From Nannocystales bacterium (lineage in GTDB: Bacteria > Myxococcota_A > Polyangia > Nannocystales > Nannocystaceae), in NCBI GenBank assembly GCA_050633305.1, contig JBOEGF010000002.1:217624-281623 (forward strand): a DNA stretch of 64,000 bases, given 5' to 3'. The notes beneath the pieces were generated by a model. That model was not told the origin of the DNA and made no database searches. It saw only the letters and a list, made by a program, of their open reading frames with translations. The position numbers and the translations under genes are program-made. Below are positions 9,683-19,920 of the stretch, piece by piece; position 1 is the stretch's first letter; every line of letters starts with the position of its first letter.

Positions 9683-11590
9683 ATGTCCAAGGAGTCGCCT
9701 CGCGTCCCCGCGCCGCCCGCTGATGCGGGGACCGGCGACACCTCGATGCATCCGCTCGGCGGCGCGGACACGGTGGCAGGAGACTCGACTCTGCCTCCGA
9801 CGCCGCTCGACGCCAGCGAGCCAGGTGAGCGGTACCGTGACCAAGGCCGACTCGGTCGCGGGGGCATGGGGGAGGTGCGGCTGTGCACTGACGTGCGGAT
9901 CGGTCGCGAAGTTGCGCTCAAGGTCATCCGTGACGAACGCGCCGGACAACCTCAGGCACGCACGCGCTTCCTCAAGGAGGTGCGGGTGCAGGGACAGCTC
10001 GAACACCCGGCCGTAGTCCCGGTCTACGACCTCGACGCCACCAAGGGCGGTCGGCCGTACTTCACGATGCGGCGGATCGGCGGCAACACCCTCGCGGACA
10101 TCATCCGGATGGACGACGAGGAGGAGTTCTCGCGCCGGCGGCTCCTCTCCGCGTTCTCTCAGGTCTGCCTCGCGGTCGACTACGCCCACGAACGAGGCAT
10201 CGTCCACCGCGACCTCAAACCGTCCAACGTCATGCTCGGGGACTTCGGCGAGGTCTACGTGCTCGACTGGGGTCTGGCCAAGACCATGGACGAGGAGGAG
10301 CGCCTCCCAACCGAGGACCCCGTCTCCTTCGATGGCCTCGGAGGCTCCGGAGAGACCGTGGAAGGTGAGGTGCTGGGGACGCCGGGCTACATGGCGCCCG
10401 AGCAGCTCGACGGCGTCCACGGAAACGTCGGCCCGCACTCGGACATCTACGCCCTGGGGGCGCTCTTGTTCGAGCTGATGACGTGCGAACCGCTGCACCC
10501 ACGAAGCACACCGCAACACGCGATCGGTTCGACCATCGGGGGCGCCGACGCTCGAGCCCACGCCCGGTACCCGGATCGCCAGGTCCCACCGGAGCTCGAG
10601 GCGATCTGCGTGCGCGCGACCCAGTACGACGCCGCCGACCGCTTCACCAGCGCCAGGGAACTCCAGCTCGCTGTGGAGCGGTTCCTCGACGGCGACCGAG
10701 ATGCTCAGTTGCGCCGCGAACTGGCGCAGAGCTACCTCGACCAGGCTATGCAGGCGTTCGACAAGCTGGAGCGCGATGGTGCCGACGCCGCCGCGCAGCG
10801 CGATGTCACCAACATGATCTCGCGCGCGCTCGCGTTCGACCCCGAGAACGCAGAGGCCCGGACAGCACTGATGCACCTCCTCACCCGGCCGCCGTCCACC
10901 GTTCCGACGGAGGTCCGAGACCAGCTGGAATCGGGACGCAGAGACAGCGAACGGAAAGCCGCCCGCGGTGGGGTCTCGGCCTACCTCGCCTGGCTTCCTT
11001 TTGCGGGTGTCACCTTGATCATGGGCGTGCGCTCGTGGGGACTGCTGATCGCGATGCTGACGCTCATCGCATTGGGCGTGGTCACCTCGTACCTCGGTTC
11101 ACGCGCACGAAAGACCGATGGCTGGGCGACGGGATCGCTGATGATCAGCACAGTCACGCTCATCATGCTGAGCCGGTTGCTCGGCCCGCTCGTGCTCATT
11201 CCAGGGCTCGCAGGAGCCAACGCCGTCGCGTTCACCCAGCACGCCCGCGGGCGGCGGCGAATCGCCTATGTGTCGATCGCCGCGATGGCGGTGGTCGTTC
11301 CCCTGCTGTTCGAGGTCACGGGTCTATGGCCGCCGTCGTATGAGTTCACCGAAGCGGGCATGCTCATTGTCCCCCACTTTGCATCGCTGCCCACAGTCTC
11401 GACCCTGCTGCTCTTGGCTCTCGCCAGCATCACGACTGTGGTTCTGCCCGCGCTCCTCATGCGGGAGGCCCGGGACAGCGTGGAAGAGAGCCGGGAACAA
11501 CTCGCGGTCCAGGCTTGGCAACTACGCCAGCTCGTCCCCGACCGAGACGCGCGACTCAGTCGCACGGCCATGCCGACCCAGGCGGCGTGA
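9683..11590 (+). CDS. Ser/Thr protein kinase with C-terminal multi-TM domain
   Basis: LGRGGMGEV, VALK, HRDLKPSN, DWG, GTPGYMAPEQ; 5-6 TM helices at the C-terminus. Confidence 0.95.
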   Translation: MSKESPRVPAPPADAGTGDTSMHPLGGADTVAGDSTLPPTPLDASEPGERYRDQGRLGRGGMGEVRLCTDVRIGREVALKVIRDERAGQPQARTRFLKEVRVQGQLEHPAVVPVYDLDATKGGRPYFTMRRIGGNTLADIIRMDDEEEFSRRRLLSAFSQVCLAVDYAHERGIVHRDLKPSNVMLGDFGEVYVLDWGLAKTMDEEERLPTEDPVSFDGLGGSGETVEGEVLGTPGYMAPEQLDGVHGNVGPHSDIYALGALLFELMTCEPLHPRSTPQHAIGSTIGGADARAHARYPDRQVPPELEAICVRATQYDAADRFTSARELQLAVERFLDGDRDAQLRRELAQSYLDQAMQAFDKLERDGADAAAQRDVTNMISRALAFDPENAEARTALMHLLTRPPSTVPTEVRDQLESGRRDSERKAARGGVSAYLAWLPFAGVTLIMGVRSWGLLIAMLTLIALGVVTSYLGSRARKTDGWATGSLMISTVTLIMLSRLLGPLVLIPGLAGANAVAFTQHARGRRRIAYVSIAAMAVVVPLLFEVTGLWPPSYEFTEAGMLIVPHFASLPTVSTLLLLALASITTVVLPALLMREARDSVEESREQLAVQAWQLRQLVPDRDARLSRTAMPTQAA

Positions 11591-11645
11591 TTCGAGCGGT
11601 GCGCTTCCATGAAGCGAGCCATCCACTCGGCCTGAGCTCAGGCTC

Positions 11646-14627
11646 TCAACGCGCTGCGAGCCAGGCGTCGATATCCGCAGGGTGCAGCATCTGTCCGCCG
11701 CCGAGCTCCACCACGATGGCTCGGGCCGCCGTTGCAGATGCAACCGCGGCTTCATCCTCTCCGGCTGCGTCGAGCACCCGGGCGAGATCGAAACGTGCTT
11801 GGGCTTCCTGTTCGTCGGTACCCTCTGCAGTTTCAAACCCGGAGATCGCCTGTTCGAGTAGCTCCCGCGCCTTTTCAGGGTTGCCATCCCGGAGCCACGC
11901 ATCTCCCGCATGCGCGAGCGCGGTCGCAGTGTGGGGATGGTTTGGGCCAAACGTGACCTTCCAGATCTCGTGGGCCTGGGCGTAGAGTTCGACCGCGTCT
12001 GTGTAGCGACCCGACTCCAGCGCCACGTCGCCGAGGTTGTTCAACGCCGCACCGTAGCCAGGGTGCGACTCCCCCAGGGTCGCCGCGTAGATCGTCTTCG
12101 CCCGTCGGTACATCTTCTCGGCCTTTGGAAGATCGCCCACGATGAAGTGTTCCGTCCCGAGGTTCACCAAAGCCTCCCCCACGCTCGCGTGGTCGAGCCC
12201 ACGGACCGTCTCGCGAATCTTCAGACAACGCTCGAGCAATTCAATCGCCGCCTGCGAATCCCCGTTCGCCGACTTCGCAGCTGCCAAGTGAGAGAGCGTT
12301 TCCGCCTCCGCCATCGTGTCGGGCACCGTACTGCGCTTGATCTTCAGCGAGCGCTCGAGCAGCACCTCTGCCGCTTTGCTGTCGCCCAACATGTTGGAGA
12401 CCGCGGCCGCGTTGTCGAGGGACTGCGCCACTAGGGGATGCTCGCTGCCAAGTGCTTGTTCACGGCGTTGCAGGACGGCTTCAAACATCTCCTTCGCCCG
12501 CCGGAGTTCCCCATTCTTTGCGAGACCGGCCGCAAGGTTGCCCAAGGACGAGATCGCCAAGGGATGAAGCGCGCCCAGCTCGCGCTCACGGAACTCGGCC
12601 ACGTCTTCGAACAGCGCAAGCGCCTTCCCAACCTCGCCCTTCTCCATGTAGACCGCCCCGAGATTCCCCATCGTCGACGCTCGCTCGGGGTGGTCGAGGC
12701 CGAATGCCTCCGCACCCGCCTGCAGCGCTCGTTCGTGAAGCGCGATAGCTTCATCGTAGTTTCCAAGCGCCCGTTCGACGACCGCGAGGTTCGCAAGCCG
12801 CCCGGTTTCGTGAAGCCGCAGAGGATCACCACCAAGGGCGCTTGCGATCTCAGCGTGTCTGGCCCATGCAGCCCCCTCGGCAGGCCGGTCCAGCTTTGCG
12901 CCGAGCACGAACATCAACGACTCGGCAGCGAGCGCCGCGGTCGTCCAATCCTCGCCCGAAGCTGCAAGCGTGTACGCCTGCGAGGCTGCCTCTTCGGACT
13001 CGGCGTACGCACCCGCGTGGGCCTGGAGTCGCCCCTGTGCCACCAGGATCGTCGCATGCAGAGGTGAGTCGGGCTCGGTGTCCAGCAAGCGCTTCGCGTC
13101 CTCGAGCACGATCAACCCTTCAGCGTAGCTGCCGGTGTCGTCGAGGGCTCCTGCCTCCGCGAGCTTGTGGAAGACCGCGCGATAGTTCTCCCGCTGAGAG
13201 CCACTCGGGGGATCGCGACGTCGCCCGAGATTGTATGCATCTCCGCACACATCTACGGCTGGGAGCGAAGCCGCCATCGCGACGGCGCCATCGAGCGCAG
13301 CTGACTTTGGAGCCTGCATTCGCTCGAGCACCGCCTCGAACCCGAGTTGCCCCTCTGCGAGGCACCACCGCGCGCGCTCAGCAAGCTCCTCGTCCCATGC
13401 CCCATCGACCGAGTGGGCTGTGCAGCTCTGCGTCCGGACGCTTGCCCACGATTCCTTCCAGTCGTCCAGCCTTGGGAGGACGCGGTCTGCCGTCCCAGCT
13501 CCGTAGGGTGAACCGCTGGCTTCCAACGCGGTGCGAACCTTGCCCGCAACATCGTCGTTCCACACGTCGTCGAGTTCACGCCCCGCTGCTTCGCATCCCG
13601 CGACCGCAACCCGATGCTGGTACTCCACGAACCCAAACCCGCCCGCCACAGCGAGCATCCCTCCGCCCAATACCGCCGCGACTCGCCGGAGTCGAGCTTG
13701 CCGAAGGTTGGGCCTCAGTTGTTCGACCAACGCCCGCATTGAAGGCCAGCGCGCGCCGGGGTCAGCGCAAAGACCCCGACGCAACGCATCGGAGACCGAA
13801 CGCGACACCCCACTCACCGCCGGCCACGGCGGTGGTCCGTCCAGCTTCAACGCCTCCATGTCGTCGATAGGTCCGGTGGCCGAGAGCGACGAGACCTGGG
13901 TCGAGGGCGTCACACCGCCGCAACTGAACGGCAGCACGCCCGTCAGTGCCAGCCACGCCGTCACGCAGAACGAATACTGGTCGGTGCTCTCGTCTGCGCT
14001 TGCACCGGCGTGTTGCTCAGGCGCCATGAAAGCGAGCGTCCCAACCGGACGCTCCGTGCCTCCGCGTTCACCAGGAATTCGGAGCCGTGCGATCCCAAAG
14101 TCCGACACCTTGATGCCCACAGCCTCGCTTCGCAGGACATTGGCCGGCTTGATATCACCGTGCACGATCTCCGCGTCGTGGGCCGCAATGATGCCGCTGC
14201 AGACCTCGATCAGTGCCGCCACGATCGCCGCCACGCTCCCCGTCTCCCGCTGGCTCGCCGCAAACGCTTCGAGGTCTCCCCCGGCGACCAACTCCATCGC
14301 CATGTAGGCCTGCCCCTCGTGAAAGCCGACCTCGTACACCTCGAGCACGTTGGGATGGCTGACTTTCGCGAGCATCCGCCCCTCGCGAATCAGCGCCGAC
14401 TTGGTCTCCTCGCTTCCGTGGAGAAGCTTGATCGCGACCTTTCGATCGAGGACCGGATCGAAAGCGGAATAGACCTCGCCGCCACCGCCCCGACCCAGCG
14501 TTCCCAGCCGGACGTATCTGCCGATCAACGCCCCGCCCGGACTTGCACCGGAGTCTGGCACAGCTCCGCTCGCAGCTTCGAGGGGTCCGGTCGCAGGTAG
14601 CTCGTTCGGGCTCATCCGAGACTCCAT
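11646..14627 (-). CDS. Ser/Thr protein kinase with TM segment and TPR repeats
   Basis: LGRGGGGEV, VAIK, HGDIKPANV, DFG, GTLAFMAPEQ; repeated LGxxHPxxAxxLxNL TPR units. Start inferred at MESRMSP. Confidence 0.93.
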   Translation of the reverse strand: MESRMSPNELPATGPLEAASGAVPDSGASPGGALIGRYVRLGTLGRGGGGEVYSAFDPVLDRKVAIKLLHGSEETKSALIREGRMLAKVSHPNVLEVYEVGFHEGQAYMAMELVAGGDLEAFAASQRETGSVAAIVAALIEVCSGIIAAHDAEIVHGDIKPANVLRSEAVGIKVSDFGIARLRIPGERGGTERPVGTLAFMAPEQHAGASADESTDQYSFCVTAWLALTGVLPFSCGGVTPSTQVSSLSATGPIDDMEALKLDGPPPWPAVSGVSRSVSDALRRGLCADPGARWPSMRALVEQLRPNLRQARLRRVAAVLGGGMLAVAGGFGFVEYQHRVAVAGCEAAGRELDDVWNDDVAGKVRTALEASGSPYGAGTADRVLPRLDDWKESWASVRTQSCTAHSVDGAWDEELAERARWCLAEGQLGFEAVLERMQAPKSAALDGAVAMAASLPAVDVCGDAYNLGRRRDPPSGSQRENYRAVFHKLAEAGALDDTGSYAEGLIVLEDAKRLLDTEPDSPLHATILVAQGRLQAHAGAYAESEEAASQAYTLAASGEDWTTAALAAESLMFVLGAKLDRPAEGAAWARHAEIASALGGDPLRLHETGRLANLAVVERALGNYDEAIALHERALQAGAEAFGLDHPERASTMGNLGAVYMEKGEVGKALALFEDVAEFRERELGALHPLAISSLGNLAAGLAKNGELRRAKEMFEAVLQRREQALGSEHPLVAQSLDNAAAVSNMLGDSKAAEVLLERSLKIKRSTVPDTMAEAETLSHLAAAKSANGDSQAAIELLERCLKIRETVRGLDHASVGEALVNLGTEHFIVGDLPKAEKMYRRAKTIYAATLGESHPGYGAALNNLGDVALESGRYTDAVELYAQAHEIWKVTFGPNHPHTATALAHAGDAWLRDGNPEKARELLEQAISGFETAEGTDEQEAQARFDLARVLDAAGEDEAAVASATAARAIVVELGGGQMLHPADIDAWLAAR

Positions 14628-14940
14628 TCGTACACCACCGCTGAGTCCGAGCCCAGCGGGAGTGTATTCGTTCGCATACCCGGCGGTCCCAAGGAGAGTC
14701 GTGGCGATGACGGCAGCCCCAGGACGAGGGGTGCACCCCCCGCGCGAGTTTGCACCATCGCCCGCGCCAGTGGCCCTCATCCGCTTTCGTCGCGCGAGCC
14801 AGGAGGGCGCACGGGCCCCAGCAAGCCCCGCATCGGTGCGACTCGCCGGGCGGAAGAACGACGAGGGCGACATCGGCTGCGCCGCATCGGCACAGCACAA
14901 AATGCACGAGGCCATCCACGACCCGGACTAGGCATGGGTC

Positions 14941-16173
14941 ATGAACTCGCTCGCCCCAACTCGCCTTCCAACGCCGGCCGCCTCCTCCGCGTGGCACGGT
15001 CTCACACTCGGTCTTCTACTCAGCATCGGATGCGGGGACGACCTCGAGTCGTCTCAACGTCCAGCAAGCACGGGCGTGACTGCCGAATCCTCCACCACCG
15101 CAGGATCGACGACTGAAGCAACAGAAGACGAGTCCGGTGAAATAGCCCCGACTTCGAGCGCAAATACATCAGACTCGGGCCCGGCATCGTCGAGTTCGGA
15201 AACCACCGCCGCCGACAGCACCGGAGCGGACTCCGACGCCGAACTCGCCCTGTGGCCCGCAGCCTACCAAGCCTTCATCGCGGACGTCGGCGGATCCAAG
15301 TTCGTCGACATCGACGGCGCCAGCATGCACTACATCGACACAGGCGCCGCGACGGAAGACACGTACCTCCTCGTCCATGGAATCCCAACGCACACGTACC
15401 TATGGAGAGACGTCATCCCCCACCTCGTCGACAAGCGGGTGATCGCTGTCGACCTGGTTGGATTTGGCCGCTCCGATCGCCCGGACATCCCGTACTCCCC
15501 CGCGATTCAGGCGGAGTACCTGCACACATTCGTCGAAACTCTGGGGCTTACAGGCGTCCACTTGGTCGTCCAGGACCTCGGTGGGCCGGTTGGGCTGTCC
15601 TGGGCTTCCCAATCCCCCGAAAGGGTCGCGTCCATCACGATGTTCGAGACCCTCTGGTCGACCTTCCCCGGCGGGGTCGGCTCCATGCCCAATGACTTCG
15701 CCCAGTTCCTCACGGCGCTCCGGACTCCAGGGGTCGGCGAGAATCTCGCGGGTAGACAAGATGTCTTCGTCAACGGGATCCCCGGGCTTACGGTGTCGGG
15801 CGTCTCAGATGAAGACATGGACGTCTACCACTACCCCTGGCCGAACGCCGCAGATCGAGAAGCTGTATTTCTTCCCTCGGGACCGAGGGCCTTCCCGTTC
15901 CCCGAGGACCCCGGCGCGACCGCATTCTTCGCGGAGTATCAGGATTTCCTGTCGCGGACTTCCGTGCCCAAGCTCATCTTTGACGTGACGCCTGGCGCAC
16001 TCTCGGCGATTCATATGGAGTCCGGTTTGTCGACCCTTGGGTATGCTCAGTTCGCCCACGAGTCCTTCCCCGACAGCACAATCATCGAGATCGACCGGTC
16101 CGGACACTATGTCCAAGAAGACCGGGCCGCGTTGTTGGGCCAGCTTATTCACGACTTTGTAGCCGCGCTCTGA
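14941..16173 (+). CDS. Alpha/beta hydrolase lipoprotein (haloalkane dehalogenase-like fold)
   Basis: LLVHGIPTHTYLWR, DLVGFGRSDRP, VQDLGG nucleophile elbow, GHYVQED; lipobox LSIGC plus S/T linker. Confidence 0.85.
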   Translation: MNSLAPTRLPTPAASSAWHGLTLGLLLSIGCGDDLESSQRPASTGVTAESSTTAGSTTEATEDESGEIAPTSSANTSDSGPASSSSETTAADSTGADSDAELALWPAAYQAFIADVGGSKFVDIDGASMHYIDTGAATEDTYLLVHGIPTHTYLWRDVIPHLVDKRVIAVDLVGFGRSDRPDIPYSPAIQAEYLHTFVETLGLTGVHLVVQDLGGPVGLSWASQSPERVASITMFETLWSTFPGGVGSMPNDFAQFLTALRTPGVGENLAGRQDVFVNGIPGLTVSGVSDEDMDVYHYPWPNAADREAVFLPSGPRAFPFPEDPGATAFFAEYQDFLSRTSVPKLIFDVTPGALSAIHMESGLSTLGYAQFAHESFPDSTIIEIDRSGHYVQEDRAALLGQLIHDFVAAL

Positions 16174-16353
16174 GCAACACCGGTCGGGCGCTCGACAGGT
16201 TCCCAACGCCCGCGGGACGGTCCTTATCCCTTCCTCCGCTCTGCCGGGGCGCAACGCGTGGGCTGCCGCGAGGAGCTGCGCCCGCGCGCACTCACGACGG
16301 AAGCACAAAATGTCAGATCGTTCTCGCGGGGGCCTGAGACACTCGTCACCCGC

Positions 16354-17244
16354 ATGAGCTACCTGACCCGCATCCAGCACGGCGTCGACTACATCGAGGA
16401 GCACCTCGACGACGACCTCTCGCTCGTCGCGGTCGCGGCGCACGCGGGGCTCAGCCAGTGGCACTTTCAAAGGGTCTTCCGCGCGCTGACCGGGGAAACA
16501 CTCAAGGCCTACATCCGCTCCCGCCGAATGGCCGCGGCGCTCAACCGCCTGTTGTCGACGGACCTGCGGGTCCTCGACATCGCGGTGGCCGCACGCTTCG
16601 AGTCTCAGGAGGCCTTCAGCCGAGCCTTCAAGAAGGCGTTTTCGATGACTCCGACCCAGTATCGAAAGATTGGGCGCAGAAACCTGTTCCCGCGAAAAGT
16701 CCAGTTCAACCGCGAGTATCTCAAGCACATCCACCGCAACGTTTCGCAGACGCCGCGGATGACCAAGCGACCTCGAACGCAACTGGTCGGCATGAAGACC
16801 TCCTTCTACGGGCCAGAATCCGAGAAGAACAACTTCGCGAACAAGGTACCCGCGTTGTGGGCCGAGTTCACGCCTCGGGTCTCCGAGATTTCAGCCGTCG
16901 TGGAAGGCTTGGGCTACGGCGTAGTTCGCACCGCGAGTTCTGGCCCTGATCTGCTCGAGTACATCGCCGCGGTTGAGGTCCGCGAACCTGGAGAGCTGCC
17001 ACCTCAGATGTTCGACCACGAACTCGACGAAGAGACGTACGCCGTCTTCGAGCACCGAGGGGACCCTGACCAACTCGACCTGACAGTCAACTACATCTAT
17101 TCCACCTGGCTGACTCAGTCAGGAAAATGGCATTCGAACGGCGCCGACTTGGAGATCTATGGAAAGGACTACGTGATGGGATCCACGGAGTCCGTCATGC
17201 AATATGCGATTCCCATCGGCGACCTGCCTCCGCCGGTCTCGTAG
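16354..17244 (+). CDS. AraC-family regulator with GyrI-like effector domain
   Basis: VDYIEEHL...LSQWHFQRVF...FESQEAFSRAFKK; C-terminal YAVFEHRG...YIYSTWL...DLEIY. Confidence 0.92.
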   Translation: MSYLTRIQHGVDYIEEHLDDDLSLVAVAAHAGLSQWHFQRVFRALTGETLKAYIRSRRMAAALNRLLSTDLRVLDIAVAARFESQEAFSRAFKKAFSMTPTQYRKIGRRNLFPRKVQFNREYLKHIHRNVSQTPRMTKRPRTQLVGMKTSFYGPESEKNNFANKVPALWAEFTPRVSEISAVVEGLGYGVVRTASSGPDLLEYIAAVEVREPGELPPQMFDHELDEETYAVFEHRGDPDQLDLTVNYIYSTWLTQSGKWHSNGADLEIYGKDYVMGSTESVMQYAIPIGDLPPPVS

Positions 17245-17310
17245 ACATGCGCGGCCGAGTTCGGCGCACAGAATGCACGAGGACGTGGCTCCGTCGGCGT
17301 AGACCAGGCC

Positions 17311-17835
17311 ATGGCAAAAACACACAGCTACGAGGTTTCCATCGTCATCCCGCAACCCGCGGAGAATGTGTGGCAGCTGCTCAGCCGCGACTACGGGCGC
17401 GTTCAGGACTACGCGGACCAGATCATCGCGTCCCGGTACGTCGAGGGACATATCAAGGGCAGCGAAGGCTGCGAACGGATTTGCGACCTCAACAAGAGTG
17501 GCACTCGCTACCTTCGGGAGCAGATGGTCGAGGTGGATGATGAAGGCATGCAGTACACGAACGTCCTCACCGGGGCGACAGGCATCCCTCTGGTCCCGCT
17601 CGTTTCTCGCACCGTCTTCAGCGTCCGGCGCATTGACGCCGCATCCTGCACACTGCGCGCCGCCTCGACCGTGCAAACGCGTCCCGCCTTCTTGGCGCTC
17701 CTTCTCAGAGGATCGTTCCGCAAATCCATGAAGGACTACCTGCTGTCGGTGAGTCATCACCTTCGGACGGGGCAAAGTGTCCACGCTGGACAGATCAAGG
17801 CCATTCGTCGGGCGCATTCGCATCCGGCAGTTTGA
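17311..17835 (+). CDS. SRPBCC / polyketide cyclase-like protein
   Basis: VSIVIPQPAENVWQLL...GCERICDL...LREQMVEVD START-like pattern; follows the AraC gene. Confidence 0.75.
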   Translation: MAKTHSYEVSIVIPQPAENVWQLLSRDYGRVQDYADQIIASRYVEGHIKGSEGCERICDLNKSGTRYLREQMVEVDDEGMQYTNVLTGATGIPLVPLVSRTVFSVRRIDAASCTLRAASTVQTRPAFLALLLRGSFRKSMKDYLLSVSHHLRTGQSVHAGQIKAIRRAHSHPAV

Positions 17836-17882
17836 GCCGTCTCGAGCGCCCCGCGTCGCGCCCCGGGGTCACAGCGGACGCG

Positions 17883-19727
17883 CTACTCCACCGTCCAGTC
17901 GACCTGGTGGCGCACCACGAACCACCGACCTCCACCGGAGTCCGCGAACTCCACTGTGTGTACATCGTTCTCGACCAGGACGCCGCAGTTGCCCTCCGGA
18001 TCGTACTCCCCCCACGAGATCGTGTCGCCCGAACACTCGTCGAGCATGTCGTCATACAGCAGCTCGTCGACGTCCTCGTACCGCGTCTCATCCACCGCCT
18101 CGCACGGCTCGACCGTGGTCGCGAGTTCATCCTCCGGGCTGGTCGGGAAGTCGTCCGAGCATGTCTCGACGTGCTGGTATCCCCGGTCCAGGATCATGCG
18201 GCTCGTATCGCGGGACCCGGTCGCGCAAAGCTCGTAGAGCTGTTCACATGCGTCCGCGAATCCGGCCGTTCGCGGCGGCGGAACCGTCCCGCCCAACCGA
18301 GTTTGAGCCGCACGGAGGTCGGCCACGAACTCGCAAGCCTCCCCACCATCGTGCAGCTCCTGCGCCAGCGAGGCCAGATGCTCTCGATGGCCGCCCGCCT
18401 CCAACCACTCGAGCGCTTCCTTTCGGTATGCGCCCGACCCGTTGAGGGCAAGCGCCACGGCGACCTCGGGGACGCGGTGGGAATCCAAGGAAAGCACGAA
18501 CGAGTCTCCCAACGGATGCTCGGCAGGAAGCTGATCGATCGTCTCGAGAAGCGGCGCCTTACAGCGACGAACCTCCTCCGCAGAGGCCTCTTCGATGATC
18601 GCAGCAAGCAGCGCATCGTGTTCGTGCCCAATCGGAACGAACCCGTCCATGGGCACCTCTTCGTACTCGTGGCAGCCGACCGGGATCATGATCGGCTCGC
18701 TGTCCGACAGATCCCGCTCGAGCAGTGCCTCAAGTGCGAACATGCGGGAGGCGCCGGACAGAGGGTTGTCGAGGTCCCCAACATCCACCCCCGAGAACCA
18801 CGCCAGCGCGGTCTCTGCTTCACCGACATCTCGCCACGGCAGCCCCAACGCGCTCGGGGCCCCGTACTCGGGCACATCGCCAGGCAGGAGCGCCAACGTT
18901 CGACCGTCTTGCTGGATCGTCACGACCCGGCCATTCGGATGAGAGACGGTGTCGGCGTCGAGCGGACTGGACAAGATCGCCTGCGCCCTCGCAGCAAGCT
19001 CGAGGGGCTCGAGCGCATCGGTGGTCACGTCCGCGAGGTCCCAGTCCTCCTCGGCGCTGGAGCTCGCCCGAAGAACCCTCTCGCTCTGGGGGAAGTAGAA
19101 CTCGCCTGGCTGAACGGCCACCGCGGGACCGATCTCCAGCGAGTCGGCCTCGTATACTGGAAGCGCCGTCACTGGTTCCCCGACCGCTTCCGCTGAAACA
19201 TGAATCGCGCGGACCTCGGCCTCGCCATACGGTCGAACCAGCGCCCACGCGCCCCGAGGCGTCGTGCCGAACCCGACCGCGAACTCCGAGCCGTTTCCGA
19301 ACCGTTGTTCCCACCGCAGCGCTCCATCTCCCCCATACGAGCGCACCCACAGCGACGCTGGCGACGACGAGCGTCCCAGCACGAACAGGCCGCCGTCCGG
19401 ATCCCACGCAGCCAGCTCTGCCGCGGACCGTCCTTCGGTGGAGCTTTGCACCGACCACACTCGACGACCCGAGTCGTCGAAGCGAGCCACCCACGCCCCA
19501 ATCGCACCGTCCCACGAATCACTCTCCATTCGGCGACCCACGACCACGAAGCCCCCGCGACCGACCGCCAACACGTGACGCGCTTGCTCCCGGCCTGCCG
19601 GTCTGCCGACGGTCGGAGGGCCTGCGTCCGGAACCGCCACCGATGGGGAAACCACGCTGACCGGGGGCACCGCCGGACGGCACGCACAGACCACGGCGGC
19701 AAGTACGAGGTGGGGTCGGAGGGTCAT
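17883..19727 (-). CDS. Hypothetical secreted or lipoprotein
   Basis: MTLRPHLVLAAVVCAC signal; beta-propeller-like repeats (WVARFDDSGRRVW, WVRSYGGDGALRW); acidic C-terminus. Confidence 0.7.
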   Translation of the reverse strand: MTLRPHLVLAAVVCACRPAVPPVSVVSPSVAVPDAGPPTVGRPAGREQARHVLAVGRGGFVVVGRRMESDSWDGAIGAWVARFDDSGRRVWSVQSSTEGRSAAELAAWDPDGGLFVLGRSSSPASLWVRSYGGDGALRWEQRFGNGSEFAVGFGTTPRGAWALVRPYGEAEVRAIHVSAEAVGEPVTALPVYEADSLEIGPAVAVQPGEFYFPQSERVLRASSSAEEDWDLADVTTDALEPLELAARAQAILSSPLDADTVSHPNGRVVTIQQDGRTLALLPGDVPEYGAPSALGLPWRDVGEAETALAWFSGVDVGDLDNPLSGASRMFALEALLERDLSDSEPIMIPVGCHEYEEVPMDGFVPIGHEHDALLAAIIEEASAEEVRRCKAPLLETIDQLPAEHPLGDSFVLSLDSHRVPEVAVALALNGSGAYRKEALEWLEAGGHREHLASLAQELHDGGEACEFVADLRAAQTRLGGTVPPPRTAGFADACEQLYELCATGSRDTSRMILDRGYQHVETCSDDFPTSPEDELATTVEPCEAVDETRYEDVDELLYDDMLDECSGDTISWGEYDPEGNCGVLVENDVHTVEFADSGGGRWFVVRHQVDWTVE

Positions 19728-19920
19728 GATGGTCGCTACGGTCTCGCTGGGCAGAAGCTTCCCGAAGAGTGTCCGACAATACGCGTCCGCCGGGCTACTC
19801 TGCATCCGTGGGTCAGACGCAGCCTGGCCTTTGGCTGCGCCTCGTCGTGCTCGCCGGTTGCACGGAGAAGGAGGACGGCGACGGGGTCATCGACACCGTG
19901 GAGGAATGCGGACGGCTACG

